A stretch of 64,000 nt of DNA from the NCBI GenBank assembly GCA_002633005.1, contig NMRA01000257.1, positions 385,737-449,736 on the forward strand, given 5' to 3'. This document shows, piece after piece, positions 14,401-26,925 of the stretch. Origin of the DNA: Phoronis australis (taxonomy: Eukaryota > Animalia > Phoronida). The notes beneath the pieces are model-generated. The model worked only from the letters and a program-made list of their open reading frames with translations. It was not told where the DNA came from and did no database searches. Each line of letters opens with the position of its first letter. Positions within the stretch are counted from its first letter, which is position 1. A program made the position numbers and the translations under genes.

Positions 14401-17400
14401 AAATTGTCGTCTGTTAAGATGTCATGTGATCCAAACCTACTAAGTTAATTCTCTACGCGTTGCTGGTGAGCTGTCCTGTTGGTCGCGTTGAGGAGATTTC
14501 TGTCTATAACTTATGAGGCATCTCAAACCAGAATTATTTGTAACTTGTTAAAACCTTGATCCTCATACTTGAAGCTCAAGTCTGTCACATGATGCTCACT
14601 TACTGAGAGATACCTGAAAAGTTTAACTTGCAAACTGACCTTGAAAATCACCAGCTTCAACTTCTTGTGACCTTCGTGTTCTGCTACCTTCAACAACACA
14701 TCGGCATACTTTACAACTTGCACACCTGCACTCAACCGACCTGAAAATAGGCACGTGAGAAAAGGCTCAAGAATGAGGTTGGCAATGACATGTGGAAATC
14801 CCACGAAATGGCCTAACTCGGAGACCCCATTGGTGATTGCACTATCTACCACCTCGGTATCTCTATGAGACATTAACCCCGAGTCACTGAATATCATCCA
14901 CTTATCAATTTCACCTTAATTTATTAATCACTTGTGGTCTTTGCTTTATATCTCAATGTGACAAATGAATGTTGTTTGAACAGCTTTTCACGTTTATCAG
15001 TGAAGATTGAGCCGCAGGCACAGGAGAAACTATACAGGCAAAAAGATTAACTCCGATTTAAGCTCTACTAAAACCCTAATGACAATTGCCAGACCACTTG
15101 TTATGCTGGTAATTTGCATTCGTCAAAACTTTAATCGCTTAATAAATCACAAATTATATTTTCAAAGAACATCAATACTTAAGAGTGTCTGCATGTACGA
15201 TATCAATCGTCTGAGAACATGACTTGTCACAATTTTTGAAATTGGTGTCATATTATTATCTCTTGTGCTGACCTAAATCCAAAAAAGTGAACACTAGTTG
15301 TTTCAAGTCTCTTCATAAAAAAGAACAATTTGTCGCCAATCTTGCTCAAAAACTTAGCCACATTCGAAAGTTTAATAAGTCTTTAAAACATGTATGAACA
15401 AATATAAATGTACCAGTCTCCATGAAAAGTACATATAATGCATCATCTGGTGTCCAGCGGATATCAGGCAACAGTGATTACGTTTAGTGGGAGGTCATGG
15501 AGTGCACAGGCTATGATCCACGGAAATCTTTACATCAACTAACATGTCAAGCAATCCTCTTTCAGATGAGGCGTGTCTTTTTTCCGTGGAATGTTGGTCA
15601 CTAGGAACATATGCACTTGAATACTACCTATATTCTCAGCATAACCCCTTAAGAGTTAAGGCTCAAAACCTGTTTGAAATGAAGGACTTGCAATGAAATT
15701 TCGATTAATGTTTTTGCATATTCTGACCAACTTAGGACAAGATTCATGCTAGAAATGTTAAATAGTTTTCTTCTATTGGTATTTCGCGGCAGTTGCCTCA
15801 AATTAGGTAAAATTGGTGTAATCACAGGTCAAAAATTCATTCCCAAAATGAAAAGGTCAATTTTACAGAAGCTGCTAAAAACATTTCAGGTATTAATCAT
15901 CCCACCTAGGTGTTCAAATAAGCTATAGGTCAAAAATCTGTGATATGTCATGTTCTCACTTTGCCTGGTGTTGTTATGCGGTCAGTCTTAAAGGTAAAAA
16001 AGGACTTAATCCCAATTTGGCTCTCTTCGAAACGTCATATCTCAGACAAGGCTGATTGGAGTCATATAAAACAGATACTATACCTTATGCAAAGCTCACC
16101 AAAAGTTTATAAAATTTCCACTTTTGCATAACAGGCTATCAAAAAGCACTTTTATGATTTTCTTGAAAAAAACTTAAAAGATGCATAAAATGCAATGATT
16201 ATTGAGAAAGCTGAACAGTGCATATTGAACAACAGCGTTCTGAAAGAAGTTTTTAAAGTCTGCCAGTACCTTTTAACAAAATGGACAAATGTGTGCACCA
16301 ACAATAACACCACCAACACAGACACAGATGACAAAGCGACCCCAAAACACTGATAACAACGCTAACGTACCAACAACAACGATCAAACCGCAAATAACGA
16401 CGTCACTTATACGAAACCAACTCCAAAAATGATGATGCCAACAATTGTAATGCCGTTGACAACAACCACGCCACCCAATCATCATCATCATCGCTATCGT
16501 CGTCATTGCCTTCGTCACCATCACCATTATTGCCATCGCCATCACCACCACTGCCATCATCGCCATTGCCGCCATTAGCATCACTATCGCCATCATCACC
16601 ATTGCCATTAGCATCACTATCGCCATCATCACAATTGCCATTAGCATCACTATCGCCATCATCACCATTGCCATTAGCATCACTATCGCCATCATCACCA
16701 TCGCCATGACCACCATCATCACCACAATCACCACCAACACAATTGCTATCACAATCACAATCAAGTATTGGTGAAAAAATTTGTTAAAGAAACAAAAGTT
16801 TGTGTATGGGAGGCAATTGGCAAGAAAGCAAGGAATGATCACTCAATAAAAAAGTCATTGTTCTTCAAAAATGAGAAGACCACTGCCAGCCAGCATAAAC
16901 CAGCGAAACCAGCGTCACACAGTGGTCATCAAGAAATCTAAAAATAACTTGAGAACGGTGAGTCATAGCGAGAAACGAACGGCACACTACAATAGGTCTT
17001 GACAAGATCTATAGTTTCAGAAAGATTGGCCAAAGGGTGCCGTAGCCATGGCAATCAGTAAGAGAATAGTGATTGGAAAATCTCAAATAAACAGTAAGTT
17101 GTAGCAGCTGACATGCTTGCAAATAGCTCGTGGCGAGTTCTACTTACATACAAGTGTTAACCAGTATGTCAGTGGGTTCAAGTGAATCAGTGACACATAC
17201 CTGGGTACTATTTGAAAACATTCAGATGTTAAGTCACCGTGTGGGATTCGCTACTCTCCTTTCCATGTCGTAAAATACCATTTGTGTATGTTGACAGCGC
17301 ATTTTCGTTTTAGCAAGCGCTATTTTAAAAACACTACACTGTCTTCTGCCAATTCTAGCTTTCTCAAGAGTCCTCTCATATGCATGTCCTTACCAGTGTA

Positions 17401-20400
17401 TCAGAGGACTCTGAGAAAGCTAGACTCCACAGATGCTAGAATATAATTTAATACCACTAGCATAAAATATCAATAAACTCTTACAATTTCATAGCCCATT
17501 ATAACAATTATGCTTGTGGTAACAAATGACACACAAACTGTTTGGTTACAAGTACTTCAATACATGTGCATGACCAAAACCATTAATTGGTCACTTACCA
17601 AGAAACAGTGAACGTGTGAGTGACTTTCCGCAGTGTAGCTTGCCCACTCGTAGACCTCTGGCAATAATATCTGCTACCCTATCGCTCTCAGTGTCACTGA
17701 ACAACTGAAAGCACAGTACATCTTTGGATGACTTGAGTGCACTCTTGGATTTCCTGCAAAATGCATCATTGAAAAATACACGAACTCAGGCTGAGAAGAA
17801 AAAATGTAGCTCACTGAATTTTGCAAGTCATCAAAGGCAGAGCCAAATATATTAGGCAAGACTCTATCACATCTATTACAGCACCTAGTCTTTCAAACTG
17901 ACTTCACAAATTAAGGAAGCTATAAATTGACCTATTTGCCAAAATAGGAACTGAAGACTTGGTGACAGTTTCGAAACAGCGCCTAAAAACTAGTCAGAAA
18001 TTTTGTCTTTAACTCGCATGACTTGAGGTTAACTCAAACCTTATTTAGTAGCCTTTGTTCTAACTCCTATATAAGAAAAACTAAGCTTTGTCAGCTAGTA
18101 AAAGTATATATTTTCCGAAAGAAAAAGACCAGGGATTATAAAAATGTTTTGTAAACCATTATTATTATTATGTTAACACCTTTTTTAAGTCAAAATTTCA
18201 TTTTTAAGAAACGTACATTCACAGCAAAATAACAACTCGGTCAATTTTAATGAAATCTTTTTTAAATGAAAACTTCACTACTTACCTCAAAAATGCTGTT
18301 AGGGATTTTGGATTGGTCTTTCCGTTTTGTTTTTTATGACAAATCAACACGTACAACAAGGTATTTTTGTAAAAAATAGAAGTTTTATTCGTCCTTGTTA
18401 CATTACGCAAAAATTAGACCTTTACATCAAAAATCCTAACTGCAATTTTGAGATTGATGAAAAAATATTAAGTTTGGAAAGTTTCAGCAAAATCCACCAA
18501 GCTGTTTCTAAGTTCAAATAAAGTCGATTTGTCGAAACGGAGAAAAAGCTGATTAAACTGGGACGAGTGAAAATATCAGTCTTCAGTTAATTATGCGGTG
18601 AAAACTTGTTTTTGGTCAATGTAACCTATACATGCCTTAACTGTTTACCGTAGCTATTTCAACATTCAATCGCAGTGTCAACTGAATTTGCATTGAGTAA
18701 TTATCTTAATTATCAATAAAATGTACCATCCCTTAGCCACAAAGTGGGATCAATTGTTATAAACGAAGTCTGTGACACATCACATGCCGGGGGGGAAACT
18801 GATACAAAACCAAGTAAGAAATGGATAATAAAAATCGAGTTGGTGGTTAAAGCATGTCGTTAGTATAAGATTGAAACAGCGAAATGTCAGTTTTTACTTA
18901 TTGAATTAAGGAATTTGGGCGAGGACTTATATCTTTTCACAACATGCAGTGTTCATGACCATAGAGGCCTGAGGTGGCTCATAGCATTCGTTTTCAAAGG
19001 TTGTGTGCATGTAGACGCACATCCTCAAGATCAAAACTGTGTTTTGTCTTGGTTTTCCCCAGCACCGTTCTGACTCAATCTCATGGTGACTCAGTGAATG
19101 AAAGGACGTGAGGGTATATACGAAGCTGCTCTGTACCTGGCGGGCAATTCAATTTGAGTGACAGCCCTGAAACAAATATCCACGCGGTTGTGCGGTTCCA
19201 AGGCCGTTCAGCTGAATCTTTTTTCTCGATACACAGTATATATTTTGTATTTGAAGTATCTCGAGAATGAAGATATGGTATTTTGCTAGATACACATGAA
19301 ATGTAAAAATGGTCGATTTTGCCACGTAATTGTTAGCACATTAGACACAGTTTAGCACTACTTTATGTACATAAATTATTTGATTAGTCTGCAATTAGCA
19401 CATCCCGACTTCAACAGGTCTTCTTTTCCACAAGTAGAAAAAAAACATTGCTATTAAACAAGTTAGTAAGACTGCCGCTAATGGCGATGTGAATATGAAG
19501 TAGGTTGAAAATTGCCAATGTTTTTTAAGAACAGTTTTATGGTGATAATGATCCCTCGCAAATCACTGAACCGTGCTGAGTAAATATCCTGACATGGTGT
19601 TGGGGAATAACACTGCATGATATGGGCTACATGAATTGGTGCAAAGGTCACCTATATGCACAATTAATTGTTTTCACATTTACAAGTTGTCAATGAATAC
19701 AAGTACACTTTGTTCAGAGATTCTGTTAAAGTAGTATTGTCATTTAGTTCCTGCTATACATTAGCATAGTTGGGAGCATGCAAATACATCTTTAAGTAAT
19801 CCGTACTTGCATCTGAAGCATACAGTGGTTGAGGCACCACCAGTACACACTGGGCTGTGACAGGGACAAATAGCAGAATCTAGAGCACGCTGCATAACCT
19901 AACTGCCAAGTAAGACAGGGATGTCGCAAGAGGACAAGTTCCACTTAGACTTTCATACCACTTTGTTTCACTTTCAACCTCCTCAAATATCTCCCACATC
20001 CCTTATACATTTTAAATATTACTTAAGTTGTCTCATCCGGTCATTTGAGAAAAACTCCTCATTCAACGTGACTGGCAGGGTCAGAAAAATTAGCAAACCT
20101 ACATTTAAGACCATCCCTAATTCATCCGATGTAAGGTTGCCTCAGTTTAGTATTCAATGACATGGCTGAACAACCACTTCACTTTCGTATTTCAGAATGT
20201 AATTTACCTGTTTGTGTCCCTAAAAGTTTAAAATCTACAGTTGAGCCAGATCTGTATAATATTCATGGCATTGATGCGCGCAAAATTTATTGATATTACA
20301 TGGAAATTAGACACAATGTGAGGTCTGAAAGGAGCGAATGTGATGCTTATTACCAAGAATGCAGGAAGGGGTGACAATGTTTCATGAGTCTATTTTAAGG

Positions 20401-21431
20401 GCATGGCTTCTTCTCAACGCCCATATAAATATTTTCAGTTGTTTTTTGCATTGGGGACACATGAGGTATAAAGGTATACTGTACTGAAGGTTTGTATTGG
20501 TGACACATGAGGTATAAAGGTGTACCGTACTGCAAGTTTGTATTGTAGTAACTGATTTTCAAGTATCAGTGCAATTTTCGTTTACATCAGTCCTGTACCT
20601 GTCACGTGACATCAAAGTTGTTTGGAAAAAAACATTTTGAACTGGAAGGTACACTTACACTAGTAAATGTAGTAAAAAACAGCTCATTCTGTATCAAGAC
20701 ATGAGGAACTAAAAGTTCACTAGGTGTCACAAGTGAAGCAATGGACCTTACCATAGAAACGTCGACATTCAGGCTAATTGCACAAATGAACGCCCTCGTG
20801 CAGATGAATTACCTTCTGCTCTCAATCTATTCTATCGTTAAAAAGAAGGATTTCTAATCCTGAGCACCACCTCGTGAGTATTGAGTCACTCAACTAGGGA
20901 AGTATCGGCAACAGGGGATTGTGACTGAGACTAGGAGTCTGAGCCTACTTGGTGCCTGAGCAAAGCACAGGCAGCAGCTAGCCTGATAATACAATCAAAT
21001 TTTGAAAAGAAATTGAAACAAGTTTTAGCCATATCAACAATGGGAAGGACTCTATTCTGAATCAACATAAGGTTAATCACCTTAACTCATGTACATCAAT
21101 CAGCATTTGAATTTCTTATCAGACTACATAGTCAACCTGGCTTCACATTTAGTCACTTTGTGCAACTAATAGTGTCAGCTAAGGCTCATTTTCCATCTGC
21201 TTGGAAAACAGACCTCAGCCTTCCCATCTAGTCACGGTATCGAGTGCATGCAAAGCTGATCTGGTACAATGGTCACTTACCTGTAGGAGGCAGTAAGTGC
21301 CGCATTGTTGCACAACTTTACTTCAGAAATTTTCCACCTCTTTTCAAGAGCATAAGCCTTGTCCAAAAACGATTTTCTTATACACGTCAGGATTTGTTGC
21401 CTGTCATAAGGTTGCGCAGCAGTCACACCTT
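1..21431 (-). CDS. Partial multi-exon gene: DUF3715 (pseudo-PARP) protein of the TEX15/TASOR family with a very long low-complexity tail; 6 exons, 4809 coding nt, start and stop codons not found in window
   Basis: Exons join with GT/AG sites and phases 1/2, 2/1, 1/0, 0/0, 0/0, 0/open. Spliced product: ...ILTCIRKSFLD...KLCNNAALTASYRK...DIIARGLRVGK...FLGRLSAGVQVVKYADVLL...LVIFKVALGKVKKVEPSKSRASLDPTPNCCGHIS...SSVYLYEYDDKALPRKRPRHVLPYAVVSL. This matches recalled TEX15/TASOR motifs in order (GL.VG, LG.P..GVY, IFKV..GKVK, LDP.PNFDCH, VY.YEY, PR..LPYA.V). Orthology is not established, so no symbol is given. Confidence 0.85.
1296..1500 (-). repeat. Coding 18-bp minisatellite, about 11 copies, encoding (VTEES[N/S])n
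   Basis: Tandem ttgactcctccgtcacat/c on the + strand, in frame within the large exon. Confidence 0.92.
2960..3360 (-). mobile_element. Degenerate copy of the HINE/DINE-like family (intronic)
   Basis: gccactaggtgg, cactaggaggcac and aaaatttcatgaacatccatcaaggggttttgaagatac...cagatggacg match the ends and subunits of 35604-37281. Confidence 0.6.
4948..6801 (-). CDS. DUF3715-family gene large exon (1854 bp, phase 0 to 0): end of the domain plus Ser/Lys-rich disordered region
   Basis: Acceptor tctcttaacag|GTC, donor GTG|gtaggt. 618 open codons starting VYLYEYDDKALPRKRPRHVLPYAVVSL and ending LRPVVRLKRLSV. Overlaps the 604-aa ORF 4933-6747. Confidence 0.9.
10134..10274 (-). CDS. DUF3715-family gene exon (141 bp, phase 0 to 0)
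   Basis: Acceptor tctcttgaatcaccag|GTG, donor TCT|gtaagt. Encodes VALGKVKKVEPSKSRASLDPTPNCCGHISSTEAAVEDHLRSQLIHSS. Confidence 0.88.
11950..12210. repeat. Degenerate CCACAG/CCCAGA-based minisatellite with a single-N join at 12073
   Basis: Repeated accacagcccag and ccaagtccacag blocks. Confidence 0.85.
14640..14740 (-). CDS. DUF3715-family gene exon (101 bp, phase 1 to 0)
   Basis: Acceptor ctattttcag|GT, donor AAG|gtcagt. Encodes (G)RLSAGVQVVKYADVLLKVAEHEGHKKLKLVIFK. Confidence 0.88.
16295..16762. repeat. Degenerate trinucleotide (CAT/CAC/CGC/CAA) microsatellite with a 33-bp higher-order unit
   Basis: gccattagcatcactatcgccatcatcaccatt repeated about 4 times at 16571-16700. Confidence 0.9.
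17354..17424. repeat. Small hairpin / MITE-like inverted repeat
   Basis: tctagctttctca(a)gagtcctct ... agaggactctgagaaagctaga; about 22-bp arms with one bulge. Confidence 0.7.
17599..17753 (-). CDS. DUF3715-family gene exon (155 bp, phase 2 to 1)
   Basis: Acceptor cattttgcag|G, donor CTTG|gtaagt. Encodes KSKSALKSSKDVLCFQLFSDTESDRVADIIARGLRVGKLHCGKSLTRSLFL(G). This frame is not in the ORF track. Confidence 0.85.
17911..18640. mobile_element. Possible TTAA-flanked non-autonomous DNA transposon (Kolobok-like)
   Basis: Ends ttaa-gg...tata..attgacc and ggtcaat...tata...cc-ttaa are imperfect inverted repeats; AT-rich interior. Confidence 0.4.
21281..21431 (-). CDS. DUF3715-family gene, most 5' exon found (151 bp, phase 1 to 2)
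   Basis: Acceptor ggtttcag|AA, donor TACAG|gtaagt. Encodes GVTAAQPYDRQQILTCIRKSFLDKAYALEKRWKISEVKLCNNAALTASY, resembling the N-terminal helix and L.HN..L...F segment of the domain. Confidence 0.8.
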
Positions 21432-24400
21432 CTGAAACCAAAGCGATATGTAACGTGTTATGAACAGGGTTTTTTCCATGCCACAATGACTACTGGAATT
21501 TCCAGTCTAAAGAAGTTCATTCTGCACACTGCAAATTACCCTGCCACAACGACACCTATAGAGCTGACTAGTCCTGTGAAAGGATTGTCACCAATAAGCA
21601 GAAATCCGTATCTGGTAATCAGTGCTCAAGTGTTGGCTTGTATGTTAGTTGCCTATCACATGACATCCATGTGTGGTGACTACAGAGTACATATCAAACC
21701 CAATCTTAGGCTTATTATTGCCTTGACAGAACTTCCTAACAATTATACTTTTAAATAGGTCATCTCTCAAGTATATAAAGGACAAACAAAATAAAATGCA
21801 TTTTGTGTTTTGCACATTCTAAATTACAACATTTTTTATCGAGTGCTGTGTTTACACATCGCCCCATTTCCAGGTGTGACAATAATGACCATTCAGCGAG
21901 GTATAACACTGGTGAACAATGTTGCTTATTAAAGCCACACTTTGCTCTGTTTACCTGGCTAAAAACCAAATTCTTTACATTCCCCAACACCAGAAAAGTA
22001 ATCAATATTGGAGATATGCATGAGCTAAACAACGCTGTAAAAATTTTGAAACCTAATTTTATTTTCACCGAAGATTACCGGTATTACTTTTCCTAAAGGT
22101 TTAGTACGTGCAACATCTGCTGCAGTACAGTACAAGACAAAAGTAATCAGGCAAGATTCTGTTTTCCCCATCGTAATGATCAATTCTGTTAACAGCAAAA
22201 ATTGCTGGTCACAAACATTAGGGCATCAAAATTCAATTTACAGAATGAATAACCACCATAACAACTTTCCTGTTAATTCCCCTTCATTCTTGGTTAACGG
22301 ACGGTGGATATGGCTTTCAGCCGTCGTGAGGCCGAACTCTGTTTCAGCTCATTTTGTCTTAACACATTAGATACATCCTCATCGAAATCCAAACGCTCAA
22401 CCGACATAAATTCTAGATATTTATAAGACTTATTTTAATTAGTTGTATCAGTACGAGGCATAAATTCAAAATACTTCTGTAATTGGACTTTAGTTGAAAA
22501 TGTAAAACATTAGTTTCCGTCATTCACAACCACCCTTTAGTAAAATTGACAAAAATATCTTGGAAATGTACGATAGTTCATTGCCAGAGAGAAAATCCTA
22601 CATCATCAGCATATAACAAAACAAAAACTGGTTTAGTGTCTCCAAAATTAATACCTTTTCTAGCACATTCAGTATCACTAACTCAATGAGCTAAGAGTGA
22701 TGAGGATAACATGTCACCATGGCGCACGCCATTTTCAGGATTAAACCAATCTGTGTAATAATTTCCATTCAAACAAATATATCTTCAAGATTTTTATACA
22801 TTACTTTAATAACCTTGAATATGCAATCATTCAGATCAATTTTAATACTTAGGGTTAACATATAAAAATTAGTTAGGTATTTAAAATGGTGGACATCAAA
22901 AATACGGAAAATGGGTGCTTTGATGGAAAACCTTTGGAAATGACATTTAAGTAAGCAGAGATTTATTTACACCAAAAGGTGTCTGGACGTCAGCCCAAAA
23001 ATGCCTGCCCGACACAGGCACCAAGTGCTATTTATCTTAAAATGTGTATTTCATAAAATTATTGATGTGCCTGTTGCAATATGACTTAAATTGTGTGATA
23101 AGAAAAGTGTTCCCATTGTACAAAATGGGGCAGAGGTTAGGGGACTGAATACTGGTGACGAAGGACTTTGACAGGTCACACAACAAATTTTGTAGATTTT
23201 TGTCAAACAAATTTTGTAGATTTTAGTCGCACCCAGGCAGAAATGTTGCGAATGAACCACTATGAGAGCCTAGAGAATAAGATAAAATAAGATAAAACAT
23301 TCATTTAAACTCTTTAAGATACAAAATATCAGTAGCTAAAGTGCGCTATAAACTTAAGCTGCAGAAAATAACAGATTGTTGGAATCTTGAATGGACATCA
23401 AACCCAGTTTTGGCCTATAAACAGATATTAAAAATGACCTTCTCATTCAATTCTCTGGAACAAAATAATGCTCTACAACCCTAGACAACCCTCAAAAGTC
23501 TGGAAGAAATTAATTTTGAAAACTACTTTCTAAGTCTGCTTAATGAGCAAGCATGACCTATGTACATCTTTAGCGAACTACATGGCAACTGTGGGAAAAG
23601 ACTAACTCACCAATGACCATAATGTCTAATTTGAGACATTGGGATTTAAGTTTTAAGTCGATTCCTGCTTTTGTCTTTTAGCATTGGTACCAACATTGAA
23701 AGGCCCTACAGACATAGATGAACTAGAAAATGATTTATGAAAAAATTGACTCGTGACCAGGCTAACAGCTGATCCAAACAAAGGCGATAAGACTATATGG
23801 CGTGACGGGAACTGTTTTGCGTACACTTTACATTCAGTCACTCGTTTATTGTTAATAATCCAGCAAATACATGAATAAAATCCCCCGCCGTCGGCAAACG
23901 CAGGCAGTGACCCCTGCCAAAAACTCCGATGGCAGAAGTAAGAGTTTCTATAGTTCCCAAGCATTGACGCTTCGCTCTTAAATTCACATGTTTACTTCGG
24001 AGTTAGCTCACACTGTTGACTTTGATTCAAGACCGAACTTAGGTGTTAAGCATCAAGCTTCAGCGCCAGAGGGAAAGGACTGGCCTTTAAATGATTTTGA
24101 TCAATGGAAAATCAATTTCTTTAGTCCAACACTGATGACATTTTACCATGTAAACTGTAATACAATAGCCCTTTAACAAGTTAAATTGGCCTGCTGGTTA
24201 TGGTGTCTTTTACCCATATCCTTCTGTCCAAACAATGCTTTCAGAACCAGTTGACCACACAACTTCACAGTACCTTGTTCATCTCTGTGGAACAATTGTA
24301 ATATTCAACAGGATACACAGGGACACTTGTCACTATCTGAATTCTTCGATAGTGCCATCTGATAGAGACAGAGTTCCAACAATGGAGAACATACCTACTC

Positions 24401-26925
24401 AACATTACAGACTGCACCTACCTTGCCTCACTCCAGCCCATTATCTGTTGATAAGCAACAGATTCTACATGACACTTTTGCCATGCCACAATTTTTTTAT
24501 TGTTTGACTGCATAACATCAATCAATTCAACTGCAGAAAGCAAGAGGAACAGACTGGAGTTTTCAGAGATGCAAAATTAGGCCATAGTACAGCAATTTGA
24601 AAAATTGGTCATAAATATATAAGGATGCCGACAACAATCAATAAAATTTGTAATGCACTCTTCATCCATCAAAATATGAAAATTGTAACCATTCTAGGTC
24701 TCACTTGAAATCTAACATTTTAAAAGCAATGTAATTCATACCAATTAAGCTCTATCTTACCCAGTTGTATCAAAGCTCATCACAAAGCCATTAATTTCCC
24801 TCTGGTGTCAATGATGAAATATCAATGTGGCAATNAGTGCCATCTGATAGAGACAGAGTTCCAACAATGGAGAACATACCTACTCAACATTACAGACTGC
24901 ACCTACCTTGCTTCACTCCAGCCCATTATCTGTTGATAAGCAACAGATTCTACACGACACTTTTGCCATGCCACAATTTTATTATTGTTTGACTGCATAA
25001 TATCAATCAATTCAACTGCAGAAAGCAAGAGGAACAGACTGGAGTTTTCAGAGATGCAAAATTAGGCCATAGTACAGCAATTTGAAAAATTGGTCATAAA
25101 TATAAAAGGATGCCGACAACAATCAATAAAATTTGTAATGCACTCTTCATCCATCAAAATATGAAAATTGTAACCACTCTAGGTCTCACTTGAAATCTAA
25201 CATTTTAAAAGCAATGTAATTCATACCAATTAAGCTCTATCTTACCCAGTTGTATCAAAGCTCATCACAAAGCCATTAATTTCCCTCTGGTGTCAATGAT
25301 GAAATATCAATGTGGCAATTGCTAACAATAACCTGCTGTGATCAATGTCATGTGTCCATTTCCTATTGGTAGAGACCAGCCTCAACCAGCAGACTTGAAT
25401 CCAATAGAACTACACTTAAGATGCACATGTGACAACAAACACAACAGGTTGAAGTCAATGACACATAATGGGTTAGGTGAAACATATCAGTTTTAAGCTT
25501 CATTGAGCAAAGAAAATGAAAACAAAATACATTAACAAAACACACATTCCAAGTTGAATTTAGGAGCTTGGTATGTTATTGATTGCTTTGTGAAAGATAA
25601 AATTTGCAACAAAACCAATATTGTTTCAAAGGGTTCCTATGCACATAACTAACCTTACAATAGTCAATGTAAATTGAGTTTGTTTTTTGTAATGTCTTGA
25701 CCATCATCTCAGATGAGAAACAGGATGAAATCTTAATAAGCTGAACATTCACAGCAAAAAATACTAAGAATGTTTTCCTTCACTGTTACACAGGTCAGTC
25801 AAACTAGGAAGGGAGTGTGGGGGGCATCCAACCACAATTTTCGGGTGAAAATGTCTAACGACTGAAAACAGCATGCTGACCAAAGTTTCCTTTACATTTG
25901 GTGGTGTTCCCCAAGGACTAAGGCCTAATAACATGGCTAGTTCTGTGCACCTTCCCTTAAACACTTCCTTAACACTCGAGCACTTGTAGCCAATGTGTGA
26001 ATTAGTACTATTGGCGAAAATTGAAAGTGTAATATAATGTCATGCAAAATCAGGTCACCTTTCTCTGTATATTACTTGTTATACAGTTTGCAAGAAGTAT
26101 TGTAATTGATTTGTAACAGAATTGATTGAGTGCTGCTGCATTCAATAATAGCAAAGATTGGAGGACAATCTAGCTGTATCATGAGTCTGCCATAACAGTA
26201 CAAAAGAATTACTAATATCAAGAGATTTGAAGATAATCAAGCTGGACTTAGGGTCTGTCATAACTGTTACACAAGTTCACCAATGACATGATAAATTTTC
26301 GGTTCTGGCGCGAAAAATTCTGGTTTTGAGTTTATTATTTTTGATCCTGCAGACAATTCTTGAATAGAAAATTTGTGTCCAGGATATTTTTTTGCTTTGG
26401 CTTTCCATACAAGTGGCATGAAATAGGCATCATAACACATGAATGCCAACACCATTACAGAAGGTATGCTGACAAGTTGTCACTTGAACTTACTTTAAAT
26501 GAAATGTACCATAGGCCTAGGGTACCAATGTGTCCTGTCTCTCAACTATAGTTGAACATGGTATACCATTTTCAAGGATCAGCGACTATAAATGATCATC
26601 CTAACCTTGACCACAGAAAAATGTCCAAAAATTGGCTAACAACGTTTTTCAGAAATGGCTGGTCTTATTCACAGAAAATTTGCACTTTCTCCAAAACACT
26701 GTTAGGAATTGTTCTTAAATTTCTGCTCCACTTATGCAAAAGGGCTATTAAAAAATAAAGCTCAAGATTTTCGTGAATGACTCAAAATTTGCATAAAACG
26801 ATATAACCTTATTCTCAAAATTTGGTCTTGTTATCAATACTGTTATTTTAGTACAACTATATTTAGCTAAATTTAACTATAAAACACATGACCGGATGAT
26901 CCAAATGAGGGATTGCCAAAAACTC

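Noticed and set aside
16273-16842. 189-aa Met/Val/Ala-rich membrane-like ORF
   Set aside because: Translation of an intronic trinucleotide microsatellite; it does not fit the exon phase chain.
17123-17182. tRNA gene or tRNA-derived SINE head (tagctc...ggttcaagt)
   Set aside because: Boxes are too degenerate and no cloverleaf could be built.
24351-25319. 484-bp tandem duplication
   Set aside because: The copies are separated by a single N (24835) and differ at about 6 sites (~1.2%). This is the signature of overlapping allelic contig ends, so probably an assembly artefact.
25895-25935. GGVPQG..LGP LINE RT motif
   Set aside because: Probably a real relic but too short and frameshifted to delimit as a feature.
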